From IMG/VR virus record IMGVR_UViG_3300047311_000827: a stretch of 45,878 nt of DNA; one strand, written 5' to 3'. The notes below the pieces were generated by a model. That model saw only the letters and a program-made list of their open reading frames with translations. It searched no databases and had not been told where the DNA came from. Positions within the stretch are counted from its first letter, which is position 1, and each line of letters opens with the position of its first letter. The translations under genes were made by a program, and so were the position numbers. Below are positions 24,155-33,501 of the stretch, piece after piece. Source of the stretch: a virus.

Positions 24155-25402
24155 CTAGGGGAGAATGACCTCGCTGCCGCGAATCCTCACGACCATCGCC
24201 GCGGTGTCGACCGAGTCGTAGAAACCTTCCCACGTCGCGGTCGACATCAGGCGACCCCAGCGGTCGATCGGGGCCGACATGTCGACCAGGTTGGCGCTGT
24301 TCATCCTGATCTCGAGCTCGCGGTTGGTATTGAAGTTCACGTTGCCACTGACCAGCGACGTCAGGGCGCCGCCGGCGTTGTTGGCGACGGTCACGGTGCC
24401 GACTGCCACGATCGTCACATAGGTCCCGGGCGGGAACACGCCGTTGCCGGTGTCGATGTACATACCGACCTTCACGCCGTTGGCCCCGAAGTCGAAGGCA
24501 GCTCGCGTGATCGTGGTCGCACCGGCACCGCTGACGTTGCAGGTGGTGATCGGAGTCGTAGAGATCTGAGTCGGGGACTGGAAGATCAACTTCGGTGACC
24601 CAACGGTGAACGCTCTCGCCTGCTGCCACTGGGAGACCGAGTTGTACTCCTGGGTGAACTTGATCTTGCCGACGACCACATCGTCGCGAATCGGCTCGTC
24701 CATGAGGAGCGAGCCCAGATACACGCGATCCTCGACGTGCGGACCCTCGAACGTCGCCTCGAACTGGGTGATGCGGAGGTTCAACTGGGAGTCGGTCGTG
24801 CCGTCATCGACCTGGACTGCCTGGTGGAACAGTACCGGGAACAGGTTGGGCAGACCGAGACCGCCGGTGGCGTTGTAACCGACTCCGCCGTTGTTGTCGA
24901 CGTCGCGCGCGACCACGCTCAGGTCGATCATGAGGATGCCGTCGTCGCCCGTGCTGGCGCTGCCCTTGACCGTGATCCCCACGATCTTCAGACCGTTGAC
25001 GTGGACCACCTTGCCGGCAGGGAGATCGCCGTACCCAAGCTCGATCGAGTAGCTGTTGAGAGTGAGGCCTTCCTTGAACGTGTCGTCCAGGGCCGGCGTG
25101 AGCGTCGCGCTGCTGGCGTAGGTGCCGAACGCCGCTCGGAAGATCTCCTTCAAGCCCTCGTAGTTCGCCCTCAGCGTGAGCGTACCCTTGTAGTAGATCG
25201 GCCCCTGGTAGAGGGCTCGCCTGGACAGGTTTCCCCACAGCGACTTGTCGTGGATCACCGCAATCTGCGGCGCCAGGTTCCAGGACACGAGCTCGAGCCT
25301 GTACTTGTACGTCCCGGCGGGCGCAGTGAAGACGCCGAAGGCGCTTTCCTTCGCGCCGAGCTGGATGAAGGACTTATTACCGAACGCAGGAATCGGCGAC
25401 AT
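24155..25402 (-). CDS. Major tail (tube) protein with extra domain
   Basis: 415 aa, AAGGAGG SD. Its position between the terminator-like protein and the chaperones supports the call. No sheath or baseplate genes are present. Confidence 0.6.
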   Translation of the reverse strand: MSPIPAFGNKSFIQLGAKESAFGVFTAPAGTYKYRLELVSWNLAPQIAVIHDKSLWGNLSRRALYQGPIYYKGTLTLRANYEGLKEIFRAAFGTYASSATLTPALDDTFKEGLTLNSYSIELGYGDLPAGKVVHVNGLKIVGITVKGSASTGDDGILMIDLSVVARDVDNNGGVGYNATGGLGLPNLFPVLFHQAVQVDDGTTDSQLNLRITQFEATFEGPHVEDRVYLGSLLMDEPIRDDVVVGKIKFTQEYNSVSQWQQARAFTVGSPKLIFQSPTQISTTPITTCNVSGAGATTITRAAFDFGANGVKVGMYIDTGNGVFPPGTYVTIVAVGTVTVANNAGGALTSLVSGNVNFNTNRELEIRMNSANLVDMSAPIDRWGRLMSTATWEGFYDSVDTAAMVVRIRGSEVILP

Positions 25403-25413
25403 CGCGGACCTCC

Positions 25414-25863
25414 TTAGGGGTTCGAGTCCGTCGTCTGATAGTCGATCTGGATCTGCTGCAGACCAATCCAGACGCCGCCCGACGTCATCGAGTTGTTGAA
25501 AGAGAAGTTAGTCGGGAACGGAACCGCCTCGAACATGGTCGTGAAGGTCGACACGGCTGCATACACCGCCCTCAACACGTCTGCCTTGATGCTGAGGACG
25601 TCGCTCTGCTCGCGAGCGCAGATCCAGACGTTGAAGGTCGAGCGCCACCTATGGCTGCCACTCGGAGTGGGCGGTGATCCTGGCTCAGTCGACATCACCT
25701 GGGCGAACACCTTGGAGACGCCGGTGGGCAGGGTGATCGCGGCCCCGGGCACGCCCTCCTCGATGCTGCTCGGTTGAGTGAGCCAGTTCGGCGGACCCAC
25801 GATCGCGTTGAGCTGGACCAGGAGCTGGTCGAAGACCCGATTCTCGAAGGCGTCAAGGGGCAT
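25414..25863 (-). CDS. Tail terminator / tail completion protein (gpU-position)
   Basis: 149-aa tail of frame 25414..26076, ATG at 25861-25863. The call rests on position only. Confidence 0.4.
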   Translation of the reverse strand: MPLDAFENRVFDQLLVQLNAIVGPPNWLTQPSSIEEGVPGAAITLPTGVSKVFAQVMSTEPGSPPTPSGSHRWRSTFNVWICAREQSDVLSIKADVLRAVYAAVSTFTTMFEAVPFPTNFSFNNSMTSGGVWIGLQQIQIDYQTTDSNP

Positions 25864-26875
25864 AGATCGCTCGGAACTGAGGCATCGAGAACCAGGCGTT
25901 GATCGAGCCCAGGTTGTTGGAGCCAGTGCAGACGAAGAGGCCGAAGTGAACGCCGTCGCCGCCGGCCTCGAAGTCTGGATACTCCGTCGCCAGGCTCTGA
26001 CCAAGGAGGACGCCGTCAGCGAACGCGCTGACGACCTGGGCCGTCGGGTCGAACTCCATCTCGAGGTAGACGCCATGAGGCGCGAGAGGAGCGAGGCTGT
26101 ATGACCTCACGACGGCGTTTGAACCGTCGCTCCTTCCGACGACGAACTCGATCGTCCCATCGGGCGTCGGCACGATCCTCAGCTGGGCTACTGCGATCCC
26201 AGGGGCACTCGGGAAAGGCGGAAACTGCATCCATGATCCGACCTCGATGCCGGCGCACGTGGTGGCGGTCTGATTCGCGACCTCGTACGGTCCGACGAAG
26301 CAGCCGACGCGCCTCTTGAAGTTCGTGAACGTCCCGGTCCTGATCTCGAACGGCTCGTCATCGTTGAAGCCGATCAGGGAGTACTCGATCCACTTGTTCG
26401 CGCCTGGATTCGCCGTCGTGACCTTGAGCGACCCAGATCCAGGGAACGACGCGAAAGCTCCAGGCGTCGCCCTCAAGATCGTCGGCGCCTGGTTGAGCGG
26501 CGAGAAGAAGAATGTCCGCTGGTTGAAGTACTGGTCGATGAGTGCCATGACCTGATCGTTGGTCATGTCATCTGCCTCCTGGAACGCCACGAACGACTCG
26601 ACGATGTTGCCGTCTACGCGCTTCTTGGTGATCAAGACCTTGTGGATGCCACCGTCGAACGTGATCAGCGTCCCCTCGTCGATGTCGACCGAGAACGCGT
26701 CGGACCTGGTGATGACCTTGATCAGTCTGCACGGGAAAGCCGCCGTCCCGTTGTCGTACTGATTGAGACGATCGTACTTGTCGATGATCGCGAACCCGGT
26801 CTCCGCGCCGATCGCGATCGGCTTGCCGGAGTTCTTGATCATGAAGTCGATGTCTGACGGAGAAGTGGTGATCAC
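25853..26875 (-). CDS. FII-like head-tail joining domain fused to a beta-rich C-terminal domain (neck appendage candidate, paralog 2)
   Basis: GTG start. The N-terminal ~110 aa (SDIDFMIKNSG...GFAIIDKYD...LIKVITRSDAFS...GTLITFDGGIHKVL...VDGNIVESFVAF) parallel both the 27679-28962 N-terminus and the lambda gpFII pattern. Confidence 0.5.
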   Translation of the reverse strand: MITTSPSDIDFMIKNSGKPIAIGAETGFAIIDKYDRLNQYDNGTAAFPCRLIKVITRSDAFSVDIDEGTLITFDGGIHKVLITKKRVDGNIVESFVAFQEADDMTNDQVMALIDQYFNQRTFFFSPLNQAPTILRATPGAFASFPGSGSLKVTTANPGANKWIEYSLIGFNDDEPFEIRTGTFTNFKRRVGCFVGPYEVANQTATTCAGIEVGSWMQFPPFPSAPGIAVAQLRIVPTPDGTIEFVVGRSDGSNAVVRSYSLAPLAPHGVYLEMEFDPTAQVVSAFADGVLLGQSLATEYPDFEAGGDGVHFGLFVCTGSNNLGSINAWFSMPQFRAIYAP

Positions 26876-27682
26876 TCACGGGCTCCCCACCGGGAACGGC
26901 GTCAGGTTGGGTCTCGCGTACATGCCGATGAGATCGAAGGACGTGTCGTTTCCCGCGAGGTTGTTGGAATTCGACAGACCCGCCTGCGGAGCCATGAAGG
27001 CTGTCTGGGCGGGCATGGTGGCGCCGACGTTCTGAGTGCGGAGCAGCGACTGGGACAGGACGTCGACCAGGTAGGTCACGATGACATTCTGGTTCGGGTT
27101 GCAGATCATCACGAACTCATAGACGGTGTTCAGAGAGATCGTCAGAGGCAATGGAGTACCGTTCGACAGCAGCATCGGCGTCTTCGTGAAGTGGGTGTTG
27201 CCGCCAGTGCCGTCGATCGTCAGGATCGACATGCTCCCGAGGTCCGTGTCGTCGAACCACAGGCCCACGCTGTTGATGGAGCCGACTGCGGACGAGGCGG
27301 CCTGGCACACGCCGTTGCCGCCGGAGCCGACCAGCTGGGAGAGACCGACGAACATGCGGATCGACATCGGGGACGGCGCCGCGGAGATGAAGAACCTGGC
27401 GGAGAAGTAGAACCCGCCGCGACTCGCGGCGTTGCCTCTCCAGAACTTGCGATCGCTGGCCAAAGTCGGGTGAGTCCCGATCTCCAGGTTCGCGATCCCG
27501 CCAGGACCGATGAAGTTGGTGCGCGGGAACTGGGTAGTGAACCCCGCTCCGAGCGCAGGGCTCGTCATCGTGACGCCGATACTCGTTGACCACGACGGCA
27601 CAGACGGGCCGAAACTCGTGGGTGAGAAGATCGTCGGAGCCTCGTGCATGATCGCGGGCTCGAAGATGCTGGGTTTGTTCAT
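26876..27682 (-). CDS. Hypothetical beta-rich structural protein
   Basis: Frame 26876..27703 trimmed to the ATG at 27680-27682 (ATGA overlap). 268 aa, Gly/Ser/Thr-rich. Confidence 0.55.
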   Translation of the reverse strand: MNKPSIFEPAIMHEAPTIFSPTSFGPSVPSWSTSIGVTMTSPALGAGFTTQFPRTNFIGPGGIANLEIGTHPTLASDRKFWRGNAASRGGFYFSARFFISAAPSPMSIRMFVGLSQLVGSGGNGVCQAASSAVGSINSVGLWFDDTDLGSMSILTIDGTGGNTHFTKTPMLLSNGTPLPLTISLNTVYEFVMICNPNQNVIVTYLVDVLSQSLLRTQNVGATMPAQTAFMAPQAGLSNSNNLAGNDTSFDLIGMYARPNLTPFPVGSP

Positions 27683-28962
27683 CGCGAGTAGTCCTCGATC
27701 CAACTACCGACGTTGACCAGGTGGTTGACTCCCTGGCTGATGTTCTGGCTCGTCTCAGCGACTCTGCAGACGCCCGCGGCGCCCCAGCCCTCGAAGCGGT
27801 TCTCCTCGTAGCGCCCGCTGGCGCAACCGGCCATCAGGAAGCCGTGGACCGCGGAACCCTTGAGGAAGTTGTTGCCGATGATACGGACGCTGTTCACGTT
27901 CTCGAACTCAACAATGTTGTTGATCGCCACGTCCGTAGGATCGCGCTCGAAGTCGACGCCCAGGATAGCCACGACGCCGCAGTTCTCGGCGTAGAACTCA
28001 CCGCCGACCGGGACCCCCAGGACGATTGAGCCGTTGCTCTCCATGTTCCCGCCGTTGAACTCGGCGACCGTGCACGACGTCGTGATCTTCACGCCGTAGA
28101 GAGCGTTCTGGACGAACGAGCACATGTCGAACTTGAGGGTCGTGTTCCCCTCGGCTCCGGTCGAGTCCACGAGCAACCCCTGGCCGGTGCAGAACGCGAC
28201 CGTCAGTTGCTCTGCGAGCAGGACGCCGGCGGCGTCCAGCTGGATGCCGTCGACAGGACCGTCGCCAGCCCCATTGAAGCTCGCGCCCACGAAGACGTGG
28301 TTGAACCAGCACCTGGGGGTGAAGGTGCCGCCGTTGTAGATCCTCATGGCGTACGCGGCGCCTGGAGGCCTCATGAAGAGCTTGCTGAAGCCGACCGACG
28401 ACGAGGCGTTGAGGATCGGGGAGCCGATGCCGCTGATGGAGCCGCCCATGCCGAAGATCTCGATGGGCTTGGTGATCACCAGGGGCGTCGAGGGGTTCAG
28501 GGGGTTCGCGTAGTAGGTCGCGTCACCGATGGCGATCGTGCCGCCCGACGCCGGCAGCGAGTCGTGGACGGCCTGGAGGCCGTCTCCCGGATTGACCGAG
28601 ATGACTGCTGGCGTCATGCTGGCGATGATCGCTCGCACCTGGGCTTCGGTCACGATCGCGGGCTCCTGGTAGACCACGAACGACTCGCAGAGCTCGCCGT
28701 CATTCGTGATCGCCGTCTTGACTACGCCATACACACCACCGTTGAATGAGAGCTGGTCTCCGACCACGATCTGGCTGAACGCCGACGTCTTGGTGGTCAC
28801 CTTGACTAGGTTGCCGGTGAACTCCCCGATGTCGATGTCGAGAACCGTCTCGTCGTAGTCGTCAACGATGCCATAGCCTGACTCCTCGTCTCGCTGCCCA
28901 CGCGCGACGAGCACGCCGGAATCTTTGATGATGAAGTCGATGTCCGGCGTGCTGTCGAACAT
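27679..28962 (-). CDS. FII-like head-tail joining domain fused to a right-handed beta-helix (depolymerase-like) domain (neck appendage candidate, paralog 1)
   Basis: The N-terminus reads PDIDFIIKDSG...GYGIVDDYDE...LVKVTTKTSAFSQIVVGDQLSFNGGVYGVV...NDGELCESFVVY. The C-terminus has repetitive beta-helix-like turns (NGGNMESNGSIVLG..., NNIVEFENVNSVRIIGNNF). Confidence 0.5.
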   Translation of the reverse strand: MFDSTPDIDFIIKDSGVLVARGQRDEESGYGIVDDYDETVLDIDIGEFTGNLVKVTTKTSAFSQIVVGDQLSFNGGVYGVVKTAITNDGELCESFVVYQEPAIVTEAQVRAIIASMTPAVISVNPGDGLQAVHDSLPASGGTIAIGDATYYANPLNPSTPLVITKPIEIFGMGGSISGIGSPILNASSSVGFSKLFMRPPGAAYAMRIYNGGTFTPRCWFNHVFVGASFNGAGDGPVDGIQLDAAGVLLAEQLTVAFCTGQGLLVDSTGAEGNTTLKFDMCSFVQNALYGVKITTSCTVAEFNGGNMESNGSIVLGVPVGGEFYAENCGVVAILGVDFERDPTDVAINNIVEFENVNSVRIIGNNFLKGSAVHGFLMAGCASGRYEENRFEGWGAAGVCRVAETSQNISQGVNHLVNVGSWIEDYSR

Positions 28963-28987
28963 GGTGGGGGCCTTTGCGCCCTCTTTG

Positions 28988-29362
28988 CTACCGGACCTTC
29001 AGGATGCCGGTCGCCGTGACCGCCACCAAGATGCTGGTGCCCGCAAACGTGTTGGTGTAGCGGATGAACCTCTGGCACAACGCCGTGTCGAGCGCGAGGA
29101 TCTGCACTGAGTTGCCCGTGGTGACCGTCGAGAACGCCGCGCCGGTCACGTCGGTCCACACGGAGTTGTCGGGGCTGGACTGAATCTTGCCCGCCAACGT
29201 GCCGCCGACCTGGGCACCGCAGTTCTGGGTGACATGCAGGATGCCGTCGAAGTCGGTGATGTCGACTCCGGCCGGCGTGATGACGCCCGTGACGCTCTGG
29301 GCGTTGACCAACTGTGCAGCCAGCTGGAACAGCGCGGCCGCACTACCAGTTGCAGGGGACAT
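28988..29362 (-). CDS. Hypothetical head/neck protein (124 aa)
   Basis: ATG with an AAGGAGAG SD, beta-rich. Structural placement by position only. Confidence 0.55.
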   Translation of the reverse strand: MSPATGSAAALFQLAAQLVNAQSVTGVITPAGVDITDFDGILHVTQNCGAQVGGTLAGKIQSSPDNSVWTDVTGAAFSTVTTGNSVQILALDTALCQRFIRYTNTFAGTSILVAVTATGILKVR

Positions 29363-29389
29363 CTGTCTCTCCTTGGTTGAGGGCCGCTG

Positions 29390-29605
29390 CTACTTCTTGC
29401 CTCGCTTCTTCTCCTCCGCCTGCTCGCTCTCCTCGTGAGGAGGAGGCGGCGTCTCCGCCACCTCCTCCTTCACCTCGATCGCGGAGCCCTGGCGGATGAA
29501 GAGTCTGCCCATGTACTCGTCGATTTCCACGATCTCGCCGGGGAAGACACTCTTCGAGCCCACGCTGAACCCGAAACCCTCGGGTCCGATGACCTTGATC
29601 TTCAT
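29390..29605 (-). CDS. Small protein downstream of the capsid gene
   Basis: Frame 29390..29644 trimmed to the ATG at 29603-29605 with an AGGAGG SD. 71 aa with an acidic/Pro tail. Confidence 0.55.
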   Translation of the reverse strand: MKIKVIGPEGFGFSVGSKSVFPGEIVEIDEYMGRLFIRQGSAIEVKEEVAETPPPPHEESEQAEEKKRGKK

Positions 29606-29651
29606 CGTCCGACCTCCTGGAACTTCGAAACCCTGGAGCACCACGGCCGAC

Positions 29652-31637
29652 CTACGACGTCATGCCGTTCGTCTTGCAGAACGACTCGGGGTGGCGGATC
29701 AGGATGTCGCACATCTGGAAGCTCGTGAGCTCGATCACGCCCTGCTTCTTGAGCGCGTACGGGTCCACGATGATCTCCATCGCCGCGAACAGGCCGATGA
29801 TCAGGTCATTCCAGTTGCCGAAGATACCGCCGCGCTCCGCACCACCCGTGGCCTCGTTCGTCGACATCGTGATCGAGACCTGGTTGGTCGCGAAGGCCTT
29901 GTAACCGGCGATCGTGCCGCCCTGGAAGGGACCGTCCCAGATCGGACGACCCGGGGCGCTGCCCGCGAAGTCCGTGGTCTGCTTCATGAAGCCGGCCGAC
30001 GTGGGCGACACCAGGTAGCCCAGCGTGCCGTCCAGCGCGTTCAGGTTCGCGACCTGGGTCTGCATGTCCACCAGCTTGCCATACGTGACCGCGCCGCCGA
30101 CGGACACCGTGCGCGTGCCGGTCTGCTTGTAGATGCCGACCGGCTCGCCGTTGGCGCCGAGACCGTGGATCGCGGCGCGATCGAAGGCGAGACCGTGCGT
30201 GATCCCGAACTCGTCCCGGATCCAGGACTCCGCGTCGATCGTCGCCGTGAGCAGGAACTGGCGCGAGTACGCGGTGGTCGCCTGGATCGTCTTCGGGATC
30301 AAGGTCGCCAGCCCGAGGGCCGGGTCGCTCGCGGTCACGTTCGTGCCCGGGTTCTCCGGCACCCAGAACGTCGTGACCGTGCCCGTCTGACGCGGGAACG
30401 AGACCGGCTGCGAGAGACCCGTGAGCACGCGCGCACCGAGCTGGATCACATAAGCCCGGTTCCGCAAGAGCTCGATCAGGTCGCCCTGGATGTCCGGCAC
30501 GAGCTCCACGCCCTTACCGAACGTCTTGGAATCCAGGGCGCGGTTCAGCATCGGACCGTTCATCTCGCGCTCGCGACGCGCCGGGTCCACCAGGCTGAGG
30601 CGGTTCGGCAACAGGAAGCCGCCGTGCCGCTTGACACCGGTGGGGACGTGACGCTCGAGTTCCGTGTTGACCTCGGCCTCGAAACCGCCCTTCTCCTCAC
30701 CCGCCGCGACCAGGATCGCGCGCGCGAACGAGTACCGCTTGATGTCCTTCTTCGACGCGCCCATCGCTTCGACGGACTCGGCCCCGGGCTGCAGGGTCTT
30801 GTCGCCGCGGCTCTGGCGCTCGCTCAGGATCAAGCGCGCAACCTTGTCCGGCGAGTGACCGGCCTTGATCCACTCGGTTGCCCGATTGGAGAGGCCGTTC
30901 GCCTCGCACATCTCCATGATCTCCACGAAGTCGGCGCGGTTGTCCCGCGTCTCGATCGTGCGAGTCGCTGCCGCCGGTGCCGCCGCCGCCGCAGGGTCGG
31001 CTGCCGCACCGCCCCCGCCGCCGCCGGCCGCGCCGCCGTCGAGCTTCAAGCCGCTGCGATGCAGCATCTTCTCCTCCTCGAGTTCGACGGGGAACTGGTC
31101 CCCGTCACCTTCCGCCCTGTTGACACCAACACTTGCGTCCGCCGGCACACCGACGATGCTGATCTCGTACGGCATCCACCTCGTCACCCTGTAGACAGGG
31201 ATGTTCCCATCGGGCGTCACGCGATTCTCGACCTGCTTCATTGAGATCACGCGGTAGCCCAGGCTCGTGTTGCGCCTGATGTTGTCTGCGACGTCCTGCT
31301 CCACCTCCTGGCCCCTGGAGCTCTTGGAGAACCTCACGTCGGCGCGAAGCTTCCGCGCCTGGGTGTCCAGGGTGGCGCTCTCCACGACGCCGACCTGATC
31401 GGAGTAGTGATCGACCAGGACGGCCGCACCGTTGTTCATGCGGCTCATGTCGATCGCATTAGGAGAGTGGTCCAGCACTTCGATGCCGAACCACCGCGTG
31501 ACCTCGGCCTCGCTGCTGACACTCATGCTATAGAGCGCAGGCTTGGCCGCGTCACTCGCGTCTCGCTTCACCAAGACGTCTGCAGTCATCGACCTGAACA
31601 AGATCGGCAGCTTGCGGACGTCCTCGATCCTCTTCAT
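29652..31637 (-). CDS. Prohead protease (HK97/S78-type) fused to HK97-fold major capsid protein
   Basis: 661 aa. The N-terminal ~190 aa resemble a prohead protease (...VGVVESA...RVTRWMPYEISIVGVPAD). A Gly/Ala linker GGAAGGGGGGAAADPAAAAAPAAAT follows, then a delta-like region. The capsid domain ends ...IFGNWNDLIIGLFAAMEIIVDPY. Confidence 0.75.
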   Translation of the reverse strand: MKRIEDVRKLPILFRSMTADVLVKRDASDAAKPALYSMSVSSEAEVTRWFGIEVLDHSPNAIDMSRMNNGAAVLVDHYSDQVGVVESATLDTQARKLRADVRFSKSSRGQEVEQDVADNIRRNTSLGYRVISMKQVENRVTPDGNIPVYRVTRWMPYEISIVGVPADASVGVNRAEGDGDQFPVELEEEKMLHRSGLKLDGGAAGGGGGGAAADPAAAAAPAAATRTIETRDNRADFVEIMEMCEANGLSNRATEWIKAGHSPDKVARLILSERQSRGDKTLQPGAESVEAMGASKKDIKRYSFARAILVAAGEEKGGFEAEVNTELERHVPTGVKRHGGFLLPNRLSLVDPARREREMNGPMLNRALDSKTFGKGVELVPDIQGDLIELLRNRAYVIQLGARVLTGLSQPVSFPRQTGTVTTFWVPENPGTNVTASDPALGLATLIPKTIQATTAYSRQFLLTATIDAESWIRDEFGITHGLAFDRAAIHGLGANGEPVGIYKQTGTRTVSVGGAVTYGKLVDMQTQVANLNALDGTLGYLVSPTSAGFMKQTTDFAGSAPGRPIWDGPFQGGTIAGYKAFATNQVSITMSTNEATGGAERGGIFGNWNDLIIGLFAAMEIIVDPYALKKQGVIELTSFQMCDILIRHPESFCKTNGMTS

Positions 31638-33202
31638 CGACCCCTCCCAACGACGTAAGGCCTGAGTCTGGGGGCCACGTGGCCGTTTCGGTTTCCGCCG
31701 CCGGACTTCTTGCTCGGTGCAGGAGACGCCGTCGCGCTGTCGCCAGACTGATTCTCGCTCCCGACCACCGGTTCGAGCGACGGCTTGATGTTGGGGTCGA
31801 TCGAGACACCGGCCGCATCAGCCATGTCCTCCTCTTCGGCCAACTGCTCCAAGACGTCCTCGAAGTCCTCGCCCTGTTCGGCGAGGAGAGACGACCGCGA
31901 CGCGAGACCCGACTGGACCGCCAACACGCCTGCCTGCGTGTCCTTCAGCGGATCGACCCACGCCCATCCGCGAGGAATCCAGCGAGCGTCCAGGAACTTC
32001 CTCACGTCGCGGTTGTCGAGCTTGATCGCGCCGGCCAGGAGTGAGACGTTGAGCCACTCCTTGAACACCGGCTTCAGGAAGGAGCAGATCCACCAGTCCT
32101 GGTACGTCCGCCACACGTCGCGCTCGGACAGGAGGCCAGAGCGGATGCTCGAGTAGTTGACGCTCTCCAGGTCATTCGCGAGAGAGTTGTAGGAGACACC
32201 GAGACCCGCGGCGATCGACCTGATCTGCGCCTTGATGAACTCGCTGAACGCGGTAGACGGATGATCAGGCGTCCAGTTGGCGACCTCGTATCCGTCAGGG
32301 AGGACTCCGAAGGTCCCAGGGTCTGCGTTCATGGTGAACTGGCCGGGATTCTCTGGATCGCCCTCGAGCGCGACGCCGAGCTCCTGCTTGCGCTGGAAGA
32401 AGCCCATCTTGCTGGCGCCCGTCCTGGCTGCGATCAGCTCGGCCTCGGTGTACGCGCCCAGGTGCCTCATGGCGACCAGGACAGGCGTGAACCAGGACAC
32501 GCCTCGCGTCTGGTTCACGCGATCTGGATCATAGAGATGGATGATCTCGTCGCCAGGATAGACGACTCGGCGCCTGGGTGAGGGGAGCGTGAGCTCTGGC
32601 TGAACGTTCCACCCGTGGTACGCGACCGGGCGGCCGTCACTGTCTACCTCGACGCCGAGTCGGATCTCATTGCCGCCGCCTAGGGCAGAGTGGTTGAAGA
32701 GCTCGTCGATCAGGACCGGATCGATGATCTCGAGCGCGAACTCGAAGCGGTTCTTGCTGAAGCCGATGTGCTTGCGGACGAAACACTCGCCGTCTCGGGC
32801 GATCGTCTTGATGATCAGGCGAGACGCGGCGTTCAGGTCCATCTTGCCGTCGCGCATCGGCGACTCGGCCCATTCTGACCAGGCGTCCTCGATCTTCTCC
32901 TCGAACGCGTCATTCGGCTTGGTCGAGTTGTTCATCACCCGCGACTGGAGCTTGATGCCATCGGGGCCGACGACGTTGATCGCCAGCATGCGCAGGAACT
33001 GCTTGACGAGAGCGTTGTTTCTCTCCAGGTCTCGCGCGCGATCACGGATCTTCGCCAGGCTCCAGCGAAGCTCGTCGTCGGCGCCCATCCTGGACGTGCC
33101 CCAGTCCTTGGTAAGGCGGTTAGCCTCGGCTGCGACGAAGGGCATCGATCGCTTGAATGCGTCGACAGCGAACCCGAGCCGGTGGAAGAAGTTGGGCTTC
33201 AT
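31634..33202 (-). CDS. Portal protein, lambda (gpB) family
   Basis: Frame trimmed to the ATG at 33200-33202 (ATGA overlap). AAEANRLTKDWGTSRMGADDELRWSLAKIRDRARDLERNNALVKQFL...NVVGPDGIKLQ matches the lambda-family portal pattern. Confidence 0.85.
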   Translation of the reverse strand: MKPNFFHRLGFAVDAFKRSMPFVAAEANRLTKDWGTSRMGADDELRWSLAKIRDRARDLERNNALVKQFLRMLAINVVGPDGIKLQSRVMNNSTKPNDAFEEKIEDAWSEWAESPMRDGKMDLNAASRLIIKTIARDGECFVRKHIGFSKNRFEFALEIIDPVLIDELFNHSALGGGNEIRLGVEVDSDGRPVAYHGWNVQPELTLPSPRRRVVYPGDEIIHLYDPDRVNQTRGVSWFTPVLVAMRHLGAYTEAELIAARTGASKMGFFQRKQELGVALEGDPENPGQFTMNADPGTFGVLPDGYEVANWTPDHPSTAFSEFIKAQIRSIAAGLGVSYNSLANDLESVNYSSIRSGLLSERDVWRTYQDWWICSFLKPVFKEWLNVSLLAGAIKLDNRDVRKFLDARWIPRGWAWVDPLKDTQAGVLAVQSGLASRSSLLAEQGEDFEDVLEQLAEEEDMADAAGVSIDPNIKPSLEPVVGSENQSGDSATASPAPSKKSGGGNRNGHVAPRLRPYVVGRGR

Positions 33203-33501
33203 GCGACCACCCACTTGCCGTCGCGGATGAAGCCGTGGTCGCCACAGTCGGTGCGGAGTAACGACGGCTCGAGCGTCAGCGGTGACTCACTGGTCATCGT
33301 CCACGCGTTGGGACCGAGTACCGGGATGAACGAGCCGTCGGGCTCCGTGTGCTTCGCGCAGGTGTGTCTCACCCAGACGCCGCAGATCTTGCCGTCGTCG
33401 GCTCCGGCAGCGGGACCGTCAAGGCGCACGATCTGGTAGCTGTGGTCGTTGCCGAGGTCCACCCACTCGTCGCTGGCGATCTCCTCGGGGATCTCGCTCA
33501 C
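33199..33501 (-). CDS. Hypothetical protein (possibly DUF6527-like)
   Basis: 100 aa, GTG start (GTGA overlap). LTLEPSLLRTDCGDHGFIRDGKWV resembles the DUF6527 C-terminal motif, from memory. Confidence 0.4.
   Translation of the reverse strand: MSEIPEEIASDEWVDLGNDHSYQIVRLDGPAAGADDGKICGVWVRHTCAKHTEPDGSFIPVLGPNAWTMTSESPLTLEPSLLRTDCGDHGFIRDGKWVVA

Noticed and set aside
24155-25402. Reading the 415-aa protein as a contractile tail sheath and the 175-aa protein as a tube
   Set aside because: No baseplate wedge genes follow the tape measure; only two genes do. The 175-aa protein is acidic and helical with an overlapping downstream frame, which is the chaperone signature.
29496-31244. 582-aa plus-strand ORF antisense to the protease-capsid gene. 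Similar long antisense ORFs occur at 2739-3734(+), 5728-7107(+), 12649-13803(-), 20116-21147(+), 23573-24598(+) and 42076-43131(+).
   Set aside because: Their translations are Arg/Ala/Gly/Pro-rich and low in complexity, with no motifs. Each lies opposite an ORF with clear family signatures. Long spurious antisense ORFs are expected at this GC content.
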